Below are positions 46,734-55,754 of a stretch of DNA of 64,000 nt, in pieces. Positions within the stretch are counted from its first letter, which is position 1. Every line of letters begins with the position of its first letter. The DNA is taken from positions 107,477-171,476 of the forward strand of contig JBHLLF010000003.1 in the NCBI GenBank assembly GCA_048885865.1, written 5' to 3'. The notes below the pieces were generated by a model. That model was not told the origin of the DNA, did not search any database, and was given only the letters and a program-made list of their open reading frames with translations. Source of the stretch: Candidatus Hermodarchaeota archaeon. GTDB lineage: Archaea > Asgardarchaeota > Thorarchaeia > Thorarchaeales > Thorarchaeaceae. The translations under genes and the position numbers were made by a program.

Positions 46734-48560
46734 CTGACCTTAGACGATTGGTCGATAGAGAAGTCGAGGCTAATCTATGGACTCAGTAGCAACGATCTTC
46801 ATTTCCTGGACATCAATGAGCAAGGTGATTTGGTTATCAAACTTGATGACAGCACAATCTCAATCCGTGAGATTGTGAAGCGAATCGAAGCTGCAAATGG
46901 AACTCGAACAGGCTATACATCTTCCTTTACCCTGCGAATCCCCCAGCTCATCTCGTACCAAGTCAGGAAGCTGGTTGCCACGTTTCACAAAGTGATCGAA
47001 GCTATGGATTACAAAGGTGAATTTAGTGCTGTATATCCAGTGAAGGTGAATCAGCGACGTGACTATGTAGTTCAAGTCCTCCACACCAATCCTGATTACG
47101 GCCTTGAGGCAGGGACGAAGGCAGAGCTGTTCCTCATCAAATCCGTGTTAGAGATGGAGAAGCATCGACTCATAATCTGCAATGGTGCTAAAGATCCTGA
47201 ATATCTCAACACAATTCAGGATTGCATTGAGGAGGGCTACAACATTGCGGTATCAATTGAGTCACTTCACGAGGCCCAGCTCATTGTAGATAGATTCCGT
47301 CCTGGGAAAGTCAACATGGTTCTGAGAATAAAACCGTATGTGACAGCCAGGGGCCATTGGTCACACTCTGCAGGACGCGATTCCAAGTTTGGTTTGAGTA
47401 TACATGACCTATTCGATGTGGTAGGCCTGCTGAAGGCAAAAGGATTCGAGGACTCTGTTTCCACTATTCTGGGACATGTTGGCTCTCAAATCACAGCGAT
47501 TGAGGATTTCGTAGGATTTGCAGAGTTTATGACGAGGACATTTCTGGAGTTGCGGCAAAATGGCCTCGCAGGCCTCACACTGATTGACTTTGGTGGTGGA
47601 CTCCCCATTGACTATACTAGTACGTACGCACCAAACTTGATGGAGCAATACGCTGAATCGTTAGTTAAAGGCATCCAAAATGAGCTACTCAAATGGCCGA
47701 AGGGATTAGCTCCAAACATAATGGTTGAGTCTGGACGAGGACTAACAGCCCTCGGATCTGTGGTGCTAATCAAAGCCTTGGAGGTAAGGTCTGTATTCCC
47801 AAGCCTTGAGGACATTGGCGAGAGCGGCATGAGTCAATACAAGGCAGTGCTGGAAGAGATAGCAGATGCTGCTTCTATCAGCGAGCTTGCGGAAGTCTGG
47901 AACACCTTTCAGATTGGCAAGAGCACCTTGGCAGATTCCCTTGTTGCACTGAGGGAGAGAGAGGCACTAATCGGTCAGGTGAGAGCTGAGATTCGCAGGA
48001 GAATCGTAAGACTAGGAGTAACGAGCTTGAGGTCTGACGCACTGAGTGAGAGCTTGTGGCATCCAGACCATATTGTTATAGGAAACTTCAGTGTGTTCAA
48101 CAGCGCCTGCGATTACGTTCTGGTGAAACAGCACTTCCCGATTGTTCCAATTCGCGATCTTCATCTTCACCCCGAAACGACTGTGCGGCTTTGTGACTTA
48201 ACTTGTGATTCGGATGGTGAGATTTCTCAGTTTCATAGAAAAGGCACTGGGGAGATTTGGTTCACTCGGGACTCCCGCCCGGTGACCATGCCTATAGGTC
48301 AGATGGGAGAGGGAATTCCTGTTGGATCAATCGAGAATATACCAGGCTCATATTTCGCTATCGCACTCACAGGTGCATATCAAGATGTGATTGAGATGAA
48401 CCACAATCTACTTGGTGACCTTCCTGATGTTGAAATCATCCTTAACAAAGAAGGAAAGTGGCAGGTTAGGTGGATGACCGGAGCTGAAAGCATGGAGGAC
48501 ATTCTAGAGGAGATGGGATTCGTTGGGTTCGACATAGACGAAGACCCATACATTTCCTGA
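46734..48560 (+). CDS. speA: Biosynthetic arginine decarboxylase-like PLP enzyme; probable CTG start
   Basis: 'VYPVKVNQ', 'GLEAGTKAEL', 'SKFGL', 'HVGSQI', 'DLTCDSDG', 'GAYQD'; upstream in-frame 'DWSIEKSRLIYG' N-terminal motif. Confidence 0.85.
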   Translation: MTLDDWSIEKSRLIYGLSSNDLHFLDINEQGDLVIKLDDSTISIREIVKRIEAANGTRTGYTSSFTLRIPQLISYQVRKLVATFHKVIEAMDYKGEFSAVYPVKVNQRRDYVVQVLHTNPDYGLEAGTKAELFLIKSVLEMEKHRLIICNGAKDPEYLNTIQDCIEEGYNIAVSIESLHEAQLIVDRFRPGKVNMVLRIKPYVTARGHWSHSAGRDSKFGLSIHDLFDVVGLLKAKGFEDSVSTILGHVGSQITAIEDFVGFAEFMTRTFLELRQNGLAGLTLIDFGGGLPIDYTSTYAPNLMEQYAESLVKGIQNELLKWPKGLAPNIMVESGRGLTALGSVVLIKALEVRSVFPSLEDIGESGMSQYKAVLEEIADAASISELAEVWNTFQIGKSTLADSLVALREREALIGQVRAEIRRRIVRLGVTSLRSDALSESLWHPDHIVIGNFSVFNSACDYVLVKQHFPIVPIRDLHLHPETTVRLCDLTCDSDGEISQFHRKGTGEIWFTRDSRPVTMPIGQMGEGIPVGSIENIPGSYFAIALTGAYQDVIEMNHNLLGDLPDVEIILNKEGKWQVRWMTGAESMEDILEEMGFVGFDIDEDPYIS

Positions 48561-48607
48561 TCTCTAAATGATTCTATGCTAGTTCTCAACGCTTAAGACT
48601 AGAGAGA

Positions 48608-49432
48608 GTGGCTGAAACAGGACTAGAAATGACAGAGTCATATCATTCCAAGCTGGAAATTGTGAGAGAGTCACTTAGAGGAAAGAAAGTGCTTGTAGCT
48701 TTTAGTGGTGGCGTTGACAGCTCAACTCTAGCCTTGATAGCACGAGATATAGCTGATGAAGTGGTTCTTCTTACGATGGATACTGTCACCTTTGCTGAAT
48801 CAGAACTTGAAGTAGCCAAGCGTGTCGCATCAGAGATTGGGCTGCAGCATGACATTGAATGGCATGACTGGTTGGCAGAGGGCGAGCTTGTAGAAAACCC
48901 GCGAGATCGATGCTATCAATGCAAGAAGAAACTTGCACAGCGATGGATCCAAGAAGCAAAGAAACGGGGACTCGATATGGTCATCGAGGGTACTACAGCA
49001 AGTGATGTTGAGAGCTATCGACCGGGAGAGAAAGCCCTTAGAGAGACCAGCGTTCGCTCACCATTACTTGAGGCTGGTATGACAAAGGATGAGGTCCGTG
49101 AAATCGCGCGAGAGAATGGCCTCTCGGTTTCTGACAGTCCTTCCATGGCATGTTTAGCCACGAGATTCCCATATGGGACCCGGATAACGAGTGAGAAGCT
49201 CGAGATGGTCGCCGGGATCGAAAACTTCGCTAGGCTCCATTTTGGTGTAAAGAGTGTTCGTGCGCGCTATCATGGAGATCTAGTGCGAGTGGAAGTTGGA
49301 CGAAATGAACGCTCAAAGCTATTTGATGAAAGAAAGCTTGACGAGTTCCAAAAGTATGCTGCTGACCTGGGCTTTACTTTCGTTACTATCGATGTATTTG
49401 GATACAGGACTGGAGCTATGGATGAAAGCTGA
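48608..49432 (+). CDS. larE: LarE-family ATP-dependent sulfur transferase (PP-loop)
   Basis: 'AFSGGVDS', 'RCYQCK', 'YRPG', 'ACLATRFPYG', 'GYRTGAMD'. Confidence 0.88.
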   Translation: MAETGLEMTESYHSKLEIVRESLRGKKVLVAFSGGVDSSTLALIARDIADEVVLLTMDTVTFAESELEVAKRVASEIGLQHDIEWHDWLAEGELVENPRDRCYQCKKKLAQRWIQEAKKRGLDMVIEGTTASDVESYRPGEKALRETSVRSPLLEAGMTKDEVREIARENGLSVSDSPSMACLATRFPYGTRITSEKLEMVAGIENFARLHFGVKSVRARYHGDLVRVEVGRNERSKLFDERKLDEFQKYAADLGFTFVTIDVFGYRTGAMDES

Positions 49433-49721
49433 TGCCTGTCTCGCCCTCGATAAGATAGGCGGATTGGAATTGGTCAAGTAATTTCTAGTTCGATATCCTC
49501 CCCAGTCCACTGCTTGACTAAAATATAGAGATGCTTTATCTGATCTGGCTTGAGACGTGGCATCTTCTCGGATATCCACTTTCTCATCATGAATGAGTTC
49601 AGATACTGCTCTCGCAACTTCTTCGTAGCATTAGACAAAGGAAACCCTCCTGGAAACATTCCTTTTCTAGAATCATATCTAATAGCCATGGTAGTCACAT
49701 AAACTTTTGCGAAGAATTTTA

Positions 49722-50909
49722 CTAGATGCAGATTAGCTCCTTTTGAGGGCGCGAGAGGAACTCGCACCCCTTTCTTGTGATGAGTATGTCCTCTTCCAGG
49801 CTGATTTGACCATAATGTTCGGTCGTGACATATAATTCAAGGGTAAATATGTTCCCGACTTCAACTACCCCCATGGGCGTATCACCATATCGTTCCCATC
49901 GTGGCCCAAGTAGGGTGCCACCATCATGAGCTTGCCTTCCAAGCTGGTGGCCTAATGCATGTTGATATTCCTCATACCCATGTTCTTTTACAAACTCCCG
50001 TGCTATTGTGTCGACTTCGTATCCCACAGCACCCGGCCGTATCCAGTCAGCTGCAGCTTGAATTGCGTCTCTGACGGTTTCAAAGGCATGCTGCACTTCC
50101 TGAGGCACATCCTCCGGTTTTCCGAAAAAGAACATCCGTTGTATGTCAGAGCAATAATTCATATACTTCACACCGAAATCAAAGTGGAGCAGATGCCCCT
50201 CTTTCGTAACATGAGAAGTGGGGCCTAAATGGCCAAATTGCTTGTAGGGACCAGCATCGACCGCAGGATTATGGTCCCTTCCCCACGCAAAACCTACTCC
50301 ATATTGGTTCATCGCTTCATGGAACTTGTTCTGGATTTCTATCTCAGTCATTCCAACTTTCAGGAATGTCCGTGCTTCTTCAAAGATGGATTCTGTAATC
50401 CGAATTGCTTCTCTTATTCTCTCAACCTCGGTCTGGGTCTTGCGTCCGCGCAGCTTTGACACGACATTCTCCGCACTCACTAGACGATTCTTGAAGTCTG
50501 AGACAGCGAGATAATCCTGGAGAAGAAGGTACATTCCGTGGGAAAGTCCATCTGCGGCAACATCATTTCTGCTGTAATTGATTGCTATTCTTGATGGTCC
50601 AAGCCGGTTTAATTCCTTGATGAAGGGCTCCTTGATGCCCTCAGTGTAGGGAATAACTCCGCCAAAGAGGCCGGTGGCTTTTGTGGCATCCGCATCGAAG
50701 TTACCGACAATAGCAATGGGCTTCTTGTTCAATGGGAATAGCAAGGCAGACTGCCAAACGAAACTGCCAGGATATATCAACTCAAGAACGGGGTCCGCCA
50801 TTTGGGAAGTTTCTCGAACCCACACAAGCCATAGATCAGTATCATCTTCACTTAGGATTTGACTTACTTGGTTCACCTTTTCCTTCTGTAATTCATTATT
50901 CATGATCAT
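49722..50909 (-). CDS. M24 Xaa-Pro aminopeptidase family
   Basis: 'DFGV..YCSDIQR', 'HALGHQLG..HD', 'FTLE', 'LEED'. Confidence 0.9.
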   Translation of the reverse strand: MIMNNELQKEKVNQVSQILSEDDTDLWLVWVRETSQMADPVLELIYPGSFVWQSALLFPLNKKPIAIVGNFDADATKATGLFGGVIPYTEGIKEPFIKELNRLGPSRIAINYSRNDVAADGLSHGMYLLLQDYLAVSDFKNRLVSAENVVSKLRGRKTQTEVERIREAIRITESIFEEARTFLKVGMTEIEIQNKFHEAMNQYGVGFAWGRDHNPAVDAGPYKQFGHLGPTSHVTKEGHLLHFDFGVKYMNYCSDIQRMFFFGKPEDVPQEVQHAFETVRDAIQAAADWIRPGAVGYEVDTIAREFVKEHGYEEYQHALGHQLGRQAHDGGTLLGPRWERYGDTPMGVVEVGNIFTLELYVTTEHYGQISLEEDILITRKGCEFLSRPQKELICI

Positions 50910-50927
50910 ATCCTCTCAGTAGATGTG

Positions 50928-52037
50928 TCAATCATTTGGAGTGATGACCGCCTTGACTGATTCGTGGCGCTCCTGCGTTTCTAATGCCTCTTGCGTCTTG
51001 TCTAGTGAGAACTTGTGTGTCACAACATCCTCGAACGGAAACTCGTCATAATTGTCAGCAATAGTACGAACTGCTTGATACACATGTGTCGTTTCTGAAC
51101 CCCAGACCGTACGTATATCGAGATGCTTTCGATTCATAAGATGGGGATTAATTTCTACAGTTCCACTGTCTGTGTATTGGCCGCAAATCGTATAGGTTCC
51201 ACCCTCCCTCACAAGCTCAATCCCCTCAGGAACGGCCAATGCACTCCCTGTTGCTTCATATACAATGTCAGGACCGTGTCCATCAGTGATATCCCTCAGG
51301 AAGTCATACCGTTCCTTCAAAGAGGTCTCCCTGATGTTCAACGTGTGAGTAGCTCCGAACTTCTCAGCTAGGTTGAGTCGGTGAGATTCCATATCGATTG
51401 AGGTGATTGTTGCAGCTCCATTGATTTTTGCCAGTGATAAGAGCATAAGCCCAACAGGTCCTGCGCCTTGAATCACAACATTTGAACCCCACTTCAAGGG
51501 ACTACGAGTCACTGTATGAACAGCAGTTGGCATCGCACACCCCACAGCACCGGCACCATCAAAGCTCACATGATCAGGTATTTGAATAACGTGCGTTCCC
51601 GGTGAAAGATACACGTACTCACTGTAGGCTCCAATTAGGTGTGGCCATTTGGTAGAGTCCATTGTAATGCCATACACCTCCCGATTGGGGCATTTCGTGG
51701 GAGCCTTGGCAATTAGGCAAAACCAACAGGAGTAACAGGTCTTCGTCACATCATGAATTGTGACCCTGTCTCCAACTTTTATCTCATGACCATCTACATT
51801 CTTGATCTTCTTTGGTCCTATGGCTTCAACTGTTCCCACCATTTCGTGTCCAGGAATCAAGGGGTATGGCACACCAGCCAGTTTGCCATGCCATAAATGA
51901 ACATCAGTTCCGCAAACTCCTGCATTTGCCACCCTTAGCAAAGCAGCACCGGGTTTCAACTCAGGAATCTCAAACTCCTGAATTTCAACCGGAGCATCTG
52001 GTTTGGGGATCACAGCTGCACGACTAGTCTTAGGCAT
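50928..52037 (-). CDS. Zinc-dependent alcohol dehydrogenase (MDR family)
   Basis: 'GVCGTD', 'GHE', 'CYSCWFC...C', 'GAGPVG'. Confidence 0.92.
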   Translation of the reverse strand: MPKTSRAAVIPKPDAPVEIQEFEIPELKPGAALLRVANAGVCGTDVHLWHGKLAGVPYPLIPGHEMVGTVEAIGPKKIKNVDGHEIKVGDRVTIHDVTKTCYSCWFCLIAKAPTKCPNREVYGITMDSTKWPHLIGAYSEYVYLSPGTHVIQIPDHVSFDGAGAVGCAMPTAVHTVTRSPLKWGSNVVIQGAGPVGLMLLSLAKINGAATITSIDMESHRLNLAEKFGATHTLNIRETSLKERYDFLRDITDGHGPDIVYEATGSALAVPEGIELVREGGTYTICGQYTDSGTVEINPHLMNRKHLDIRTVWGSETTHVYQAVRTIADNYDEFPFEDVVTHKFSLDKTQEALETQERHESVKAVITPND

Positions 52038-52165
52038 CTTGACTCACACCTCACTGTCAACAAATCTTATGCATTTGACTGGAAAACCCCGATTTAACAC
52101 TGAGGCTTTGACAATTATGCGGTTAATGAGAAACGCTAAAGAGTGGCGCTTTTGCTTTCGAACTC

Positions 52166-52582
52166 ATGGGAGAACCCTTCAAGCTCTACCTTCACGAGAT
52201 TCAGCCAAGTCAACTCTACATTAGCAAGGCGAAGCTGGATGCAGTCATCAATGGAAGGAACCTGGGAGACCTGTCCATGTATGCGCCAATACCGATCAAG
52301 GAGATAGGTGGGGAGCTCGTGTCAACAGATGGGCACACCCGAGGAGTTGCCTGGTTGCTGGAAGGATATGAAGAGGTCGAGGTTGAATGGGAAACCTTTG
52401 AGCTTGACTGGGAAGCCTATGAGGTTTGCATACAATGGTGCAAAGAGGAGGGCATTACCTCAATTGGAGACCTGAAGAATCGAGTCATTGATCATAGTGA
52501 CTACGAAGTTCTTTGGTACGATAGATGCAAGATAATGCAGGAAGAACTAGAGGAGAAGAGGAAGGCGCATAGTAAGGAATAG
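52166..52582 (+). CDS. Hypothetical protein with a ParB/Srx-like motif
   Basis: 'IQPSQL', 'PIPI', 'TDGHTR'. Confidence 0.6.
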   Translation: MGEPFKLYLHEIQPSQLYISKAKLDAVINGRNLGDLSMYAPIPIKEIGGELVSTDGHTRGVAWLLEGYEEVEVEWETFELDWEAYEVCIQWCKEEGITSIGDLKNRVIDHSDYEVLWYDRCKIMQEELEEKRKAHSKE

Positions 52583-52652
52583 GTCTAATCAAATGATGGT
52601 CTCAACGATGAAGTTATAAGCAATTAACAATAGTTTATCCAGTGATGGTTAG

Positions 52653-52907
52653 GTGAAATCCTCCATGTCAAGTAACGAACCTGTTGAAACACTTGATTGC
52701 ATAGGACTGTATTGTCCACAGCCGCTTTTCCAGACAAGAGAAGCAATAGACAGTATCGCAGCCGGCGAGGTCCTTGAACTGCTCGCCGATGATCCTGCGG
52801 CAGAGGAAGATATCAAACGATTCTGTAAGAGAACTGGACATGAACTCCTCAGTTTTGAGAGACTGGAGGACGGTACGCAAAGATTCCTGATCAGAAGAAA
52901 GGAGTGA
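52653..52907 (+). CDS. tusA: TusA-family sulfur carrier
   Basis: 'LDCIGLYCPQP', 'ADDPAAEEDI..FC'. Confidence 0.88.
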   Translation: MKSSMSSNEPVETLDCIGLYCPQPLFQTREAIDSIAAGEVLELLADDPAAEEDIKRFCKRTGHELLSFERLEDGTQRFLIRRKE

Positions 52908-52914
52908 ATAAATC

Positions 52915-53268
52915 GTGAGCAGTATACTTTACGTGCAGACCAGCGACGACCCGGAGAGACAGTATTCACCTCTTGTCCTCGCTCAGAGCGCAAAAGCGAT
53001 GGACATCGAAGCGGCGGTATATTATCTCGGTCAAGGCCTAAGGATACTCCAGCCGGGGGCTGCTGAGAAGATACAGGTTGGCGGCTTTCCAAGCGTCGCT
53101 GAAATGCTCAAGAAGACTATGGATATGGGGATAAAGGTCTATGTGTGTGAGGCCTCAAAGCAGATGCTCGGATGGGAAAAGGTAGAGCTAGTAGAGGGGT
53201 GCAAAATAGTCGGTGCGGCAACACTCAACGACTTAGTCCTAGAGCACGATGCCACAATGTGGTTCTAG
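52915..53268 (+). CDS. DsrE/DsrF-family protein
   Basis: 'GIKVYVCEAS', 'VGAATL'; lies between tusA and iscS. Confidence 0.8.
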   Translation: MSSILYVQTSDDPERQYSPLVLAQSAKAMDIEAAVYYLGQGLRILQPGAAEKIQVGGFPSVAEMLKKTMDMGIKVYVCEASKQMLGWEKVELVEGCKIVGAATLNDLVLEHDATMWF

Positions 53269-53278
53269 GTGAAAGCGA

Positions 53279-54457
53279 GTGGGCGACGTAAAAGAGGTGT
53301 ATCTGGACTACCAAAGCTCAAAGCCTGTAGATCCGCGTGTCATTGAGGGCATGCTACCTTATTTCCATGAGCGTTTTGGTAATGCTTCAGCTCTTCACCA
53401 TGTGGGGGACGTAGCCACGGAGGCTCTTGAGGAGAGCAGACGGGTTATTGCAGATTACATCAATGCCGACTATGATGAGATCATCTTCACATCTGGTGCG
53501 ACAGAGTCAAACAACATGGCCCTAATAGGCTATGCCATGAAGAACAAGGGAAAAGGAAATCACATAATCATTTCAGAGGTTGAACATATCTCGATTAGAA
53601 ATATAGGGAAATACCTGGAGCGCCAAGGCTTTGAGGTTTCACAGGTGCCTGTAGATATGTATGGACGGGTGCCATTGAAGAAGCTAGAACGTAGAATAAG
53701 AGATGACACAATACTCATCTCAATCCAATATGCCAGCAATGAGATTGGTACGATTCAGCCAATCCGGGAAATTGGAAAACTGGCCGAGGAGAAGGGAATT
53801 GCATTTCACACAGACGCAGTGGCAGCTCAAGGATTATTACCAATTGATGTCAAGAGAGATGATATTCATCTCATGTCTCTGTCTTCGAACGACTTCTATG
53901 GCCCCAGAGGTGTAGGGGTACTGTTCATGAAGAAGAGATACAGAGTCAATCCCATCTTGATTGGAGGGGGACAGGAAAGAGGCTTGAGGTCAGGGACAGA
54001 GGATGTTGCAGGAATCATCGGGATGAAACATGCCATCGAAATAATGAAAACAGAAATGCCAAACGAAGTCAGGCGGCTTCAGGGATATCGTGACCGTTTG
54101 ATTGGTACAATACTGAGTGAGATTCCTGATAGCTATCTGAATGGTCACCCAACAGACAGACTCGCAAGTAATGCCCACTTCAGATTTGATGGAGTGGAAG
54201 GCGAGTCGTTACTCTTGTCGTTCAAGGACAAAGGAATCGCTGTATCTACGGGCTCTGCCTGTACCTCAAAGACTCTTGCCCCATCAACAACTCTTATTGC
54301 AACTGGGCTTATTCATGAAGAAGCACATGGATCACTACAGCTTACACCTGGAAGATTCAACACTGATGATGATATTGACAGGGTCCTCGAAGTAACTCCA
54401 GAGATACTGAATCGAATTCGAGGAATGTCTCCAATCTATAAACCAAAGGCGATGTGA
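53279..54457 (+). CDS. iscS: Cysteine desulfurase (IscS/NifS type)
   Basis: 'YLDY', 'FTSGATESNN', 'HTDAV', 'GGGQERGLRSGT', 'STGSACTS'; the usual SxHK PLP lysine reads SSND. Confidence 0.88.
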   Translation: MGDVKEVYLDYQSSKPVDPRVIEGMLPYFHERFGNASALHHVGDVATEALEESRRVIADYINADYDEIIFTSGATESNNMALIGYAMKNKGKGNHIIISEVEHISIRNIGKYLERQGFEVSQVPVDMYGRVPLKKLERRIRDDTILISIQYASNEIGTIQPIREIGKLAEEKGIAFHTDAVAAQGLLPIDVKRDDIHLMSLSSNDFYGPRGVGVLFMKKRYRVNPILIGGGQERGLRSGTEDVAGIIGMKHAIEIMKTEMPNEVRRLQGYRDRLIGTILSEIPDSYLNGHPTDRLASNAHFRFDGVEGESLLLSFKDKGIAVSTGSACTSKTLAPSTTLIATGLIHEEAHGSLQLTPGRFNTDDDIDRVLEVTPEILNRIRGMSPIYKPKAM

Positions 54458-54463
54458 TGAAGA

Positions 54464-55246
54464 ATGAAGTCTACTCAATACAGTGAAAAGGTACTCGAGC
54501 ACTTTCGCAATCCACGAAATGTGGGCGTATTAGAAGGAGATGACGTAGCGAGCGGTCGTGTAGGAAATCCCACCTGTGGAGACCTGATGGAAGTTTTCAT
54601 CAAGGTTGAGGATGGAAAAATAGTCGACGCAAAGTTCAGGACTTTTGGATGTGGATCGGCGATTGCCACAAGTAGCATGACCACAGAGATGGTAATAGGG
54701 ATGACACTCGATGAAGCCATGCAAGTTACCAGAGAAGACGTCGCTGAAGAACTGGATGGTCTGCCGCCTATCAAAATGCACTGCTCAAATCTTGCTGCGG
54801 ATGCACTTCATGAAGCTATCAAAGCTTACCGTGCAAGGGAGAATCCCGATGAGGTAGCAGCAAAGGAACCTAAGTATGAGCAGCCGGCTTGCGCGATCGT
54901 AGGACAGGATGAATTCCTTGACAAGGGCGTTTATCTTGATGTGAGTGATCTCGAGGACTTCGCCAATCAAAGGGTGCTAGTCCTCCATAGCGGTGACGAA
55001 TCAGTTGAGGCAGCTCTTGAACTCACAGCACAAACAGATCGTGTAGTCCTATTGACTCAAGAGAAAGAAGTTGTCACCACTGACGCACTACGCGAAGAAC
55101 TTGAAAACTCCAGTGTGAAAGTAATCACTGAGTCGCGGCTGTTGGAGATTCGAGGCGAGTTTGAAGTAGAGAAAGTACTAGTACATAATCTCGATGAGGA
55201 TGAGAAGTACGAACTATTCGTAGATGCGGTTGTATTAATCGACTAG
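54464..55246 (+). CDS. iscU: IscU/NifU-N scaffold fused to a degenerate thioredoxin-reductase NAD(P)-binding domain
   Basis: 'HFRNPRNVG', 'GNPTCGD', 'FGCGSAIA', 'LPPIKMHCS', plus a ~125-aa Rossmann-like tail. Confidence 0.88.
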   Translation: MKSTQYSEKVLEHFRNPRNVGVLEGDDVASGRVGNPTCGDLMEVFIKVEDGKIVDAKFRTFGCGSAIATSSMTTEMVIGMTLDEAMQVTREDVAEELDGLPPIKMHCSNLAADALHEAIKAYRARENPDEVAAKEPKYEQPACAIVGQDEFLDKGVYLDVSDLEDFANQRVLVLHSGDESVEAALELTAQTDRVVLLTQEKEVVTTDALREELENSSVKVITESRLLEIRGEFEVEKVLVHNLDEDEKYELFVDAVVLID

Positions 55247-55295
55247 TTTCATTCAATCCGGCAGATACAATTGTCTGCTCTGCTTCATTAGCAAT

Positions 55296-55754
55296 ATGCG
55301 AACAGTGAGAAAAGCCGCAAGTTCTGATAAGGAGCTCCTTGTCAATCTATTCATTTCAGAGGTAGAAGACAACAGAAACCTCGCTGAAGCCTTTGCTACC
55401 GACCTACTAAGAGTTCAGACCATTCTCAGTCTTTATGATGGCAATATTGTAGGCACAGTAAGCTGGGATGTCAGGGGTGGCCTTGATGATGGTGTAGTTG
55501 AGCTAATTGGGCTTGGAGTAAACCCTGATTATAGAAGAAAGGGTGTCGCAAGAGAACTTGTCCAAACACTAATCCATGATGTATCGAAGCACTACTCAGA
55601 ACATGATCACAAGCTGCGAGTCATCTACCTCTTCATGGAGAAGGGCAATGAGGCAGGAAGAGCTTTCTACAAGTCTATTGGGTTCAAGGAGGTTGCAGAT
55701 GTTCCAGATCTCTATCCACATGATGATGCTGTAATCTGGACTCTGCATCTATGA
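55296..55754 (+). CDS. GNAT acetyltransferase
   Basis: 'LGVNPDYRRKGVAREL', 'NEAGRAFYKSIGF'. Confidence 0.85.
   Translation: MRTVRKAASSDKELLVNLFISEVEDNRNLAEAFATDLLRVQTILSLYDGNIVGTVSWDVRGGLDDGVVELIGLGVNPDYRRKGVARELVQTLIHDVSKHYSEHDHKLRVIYLFMEKGNEAGRAFYKSIGFKEVADVPDLYPHDDAVIWTLHL

Noticed and set aside
49474-49767. Short minus-strand ORF after the M24 peptidase
   Set aside because: A ~71-aa version from ATG 49689 could be real, but I have no motif or homology support.
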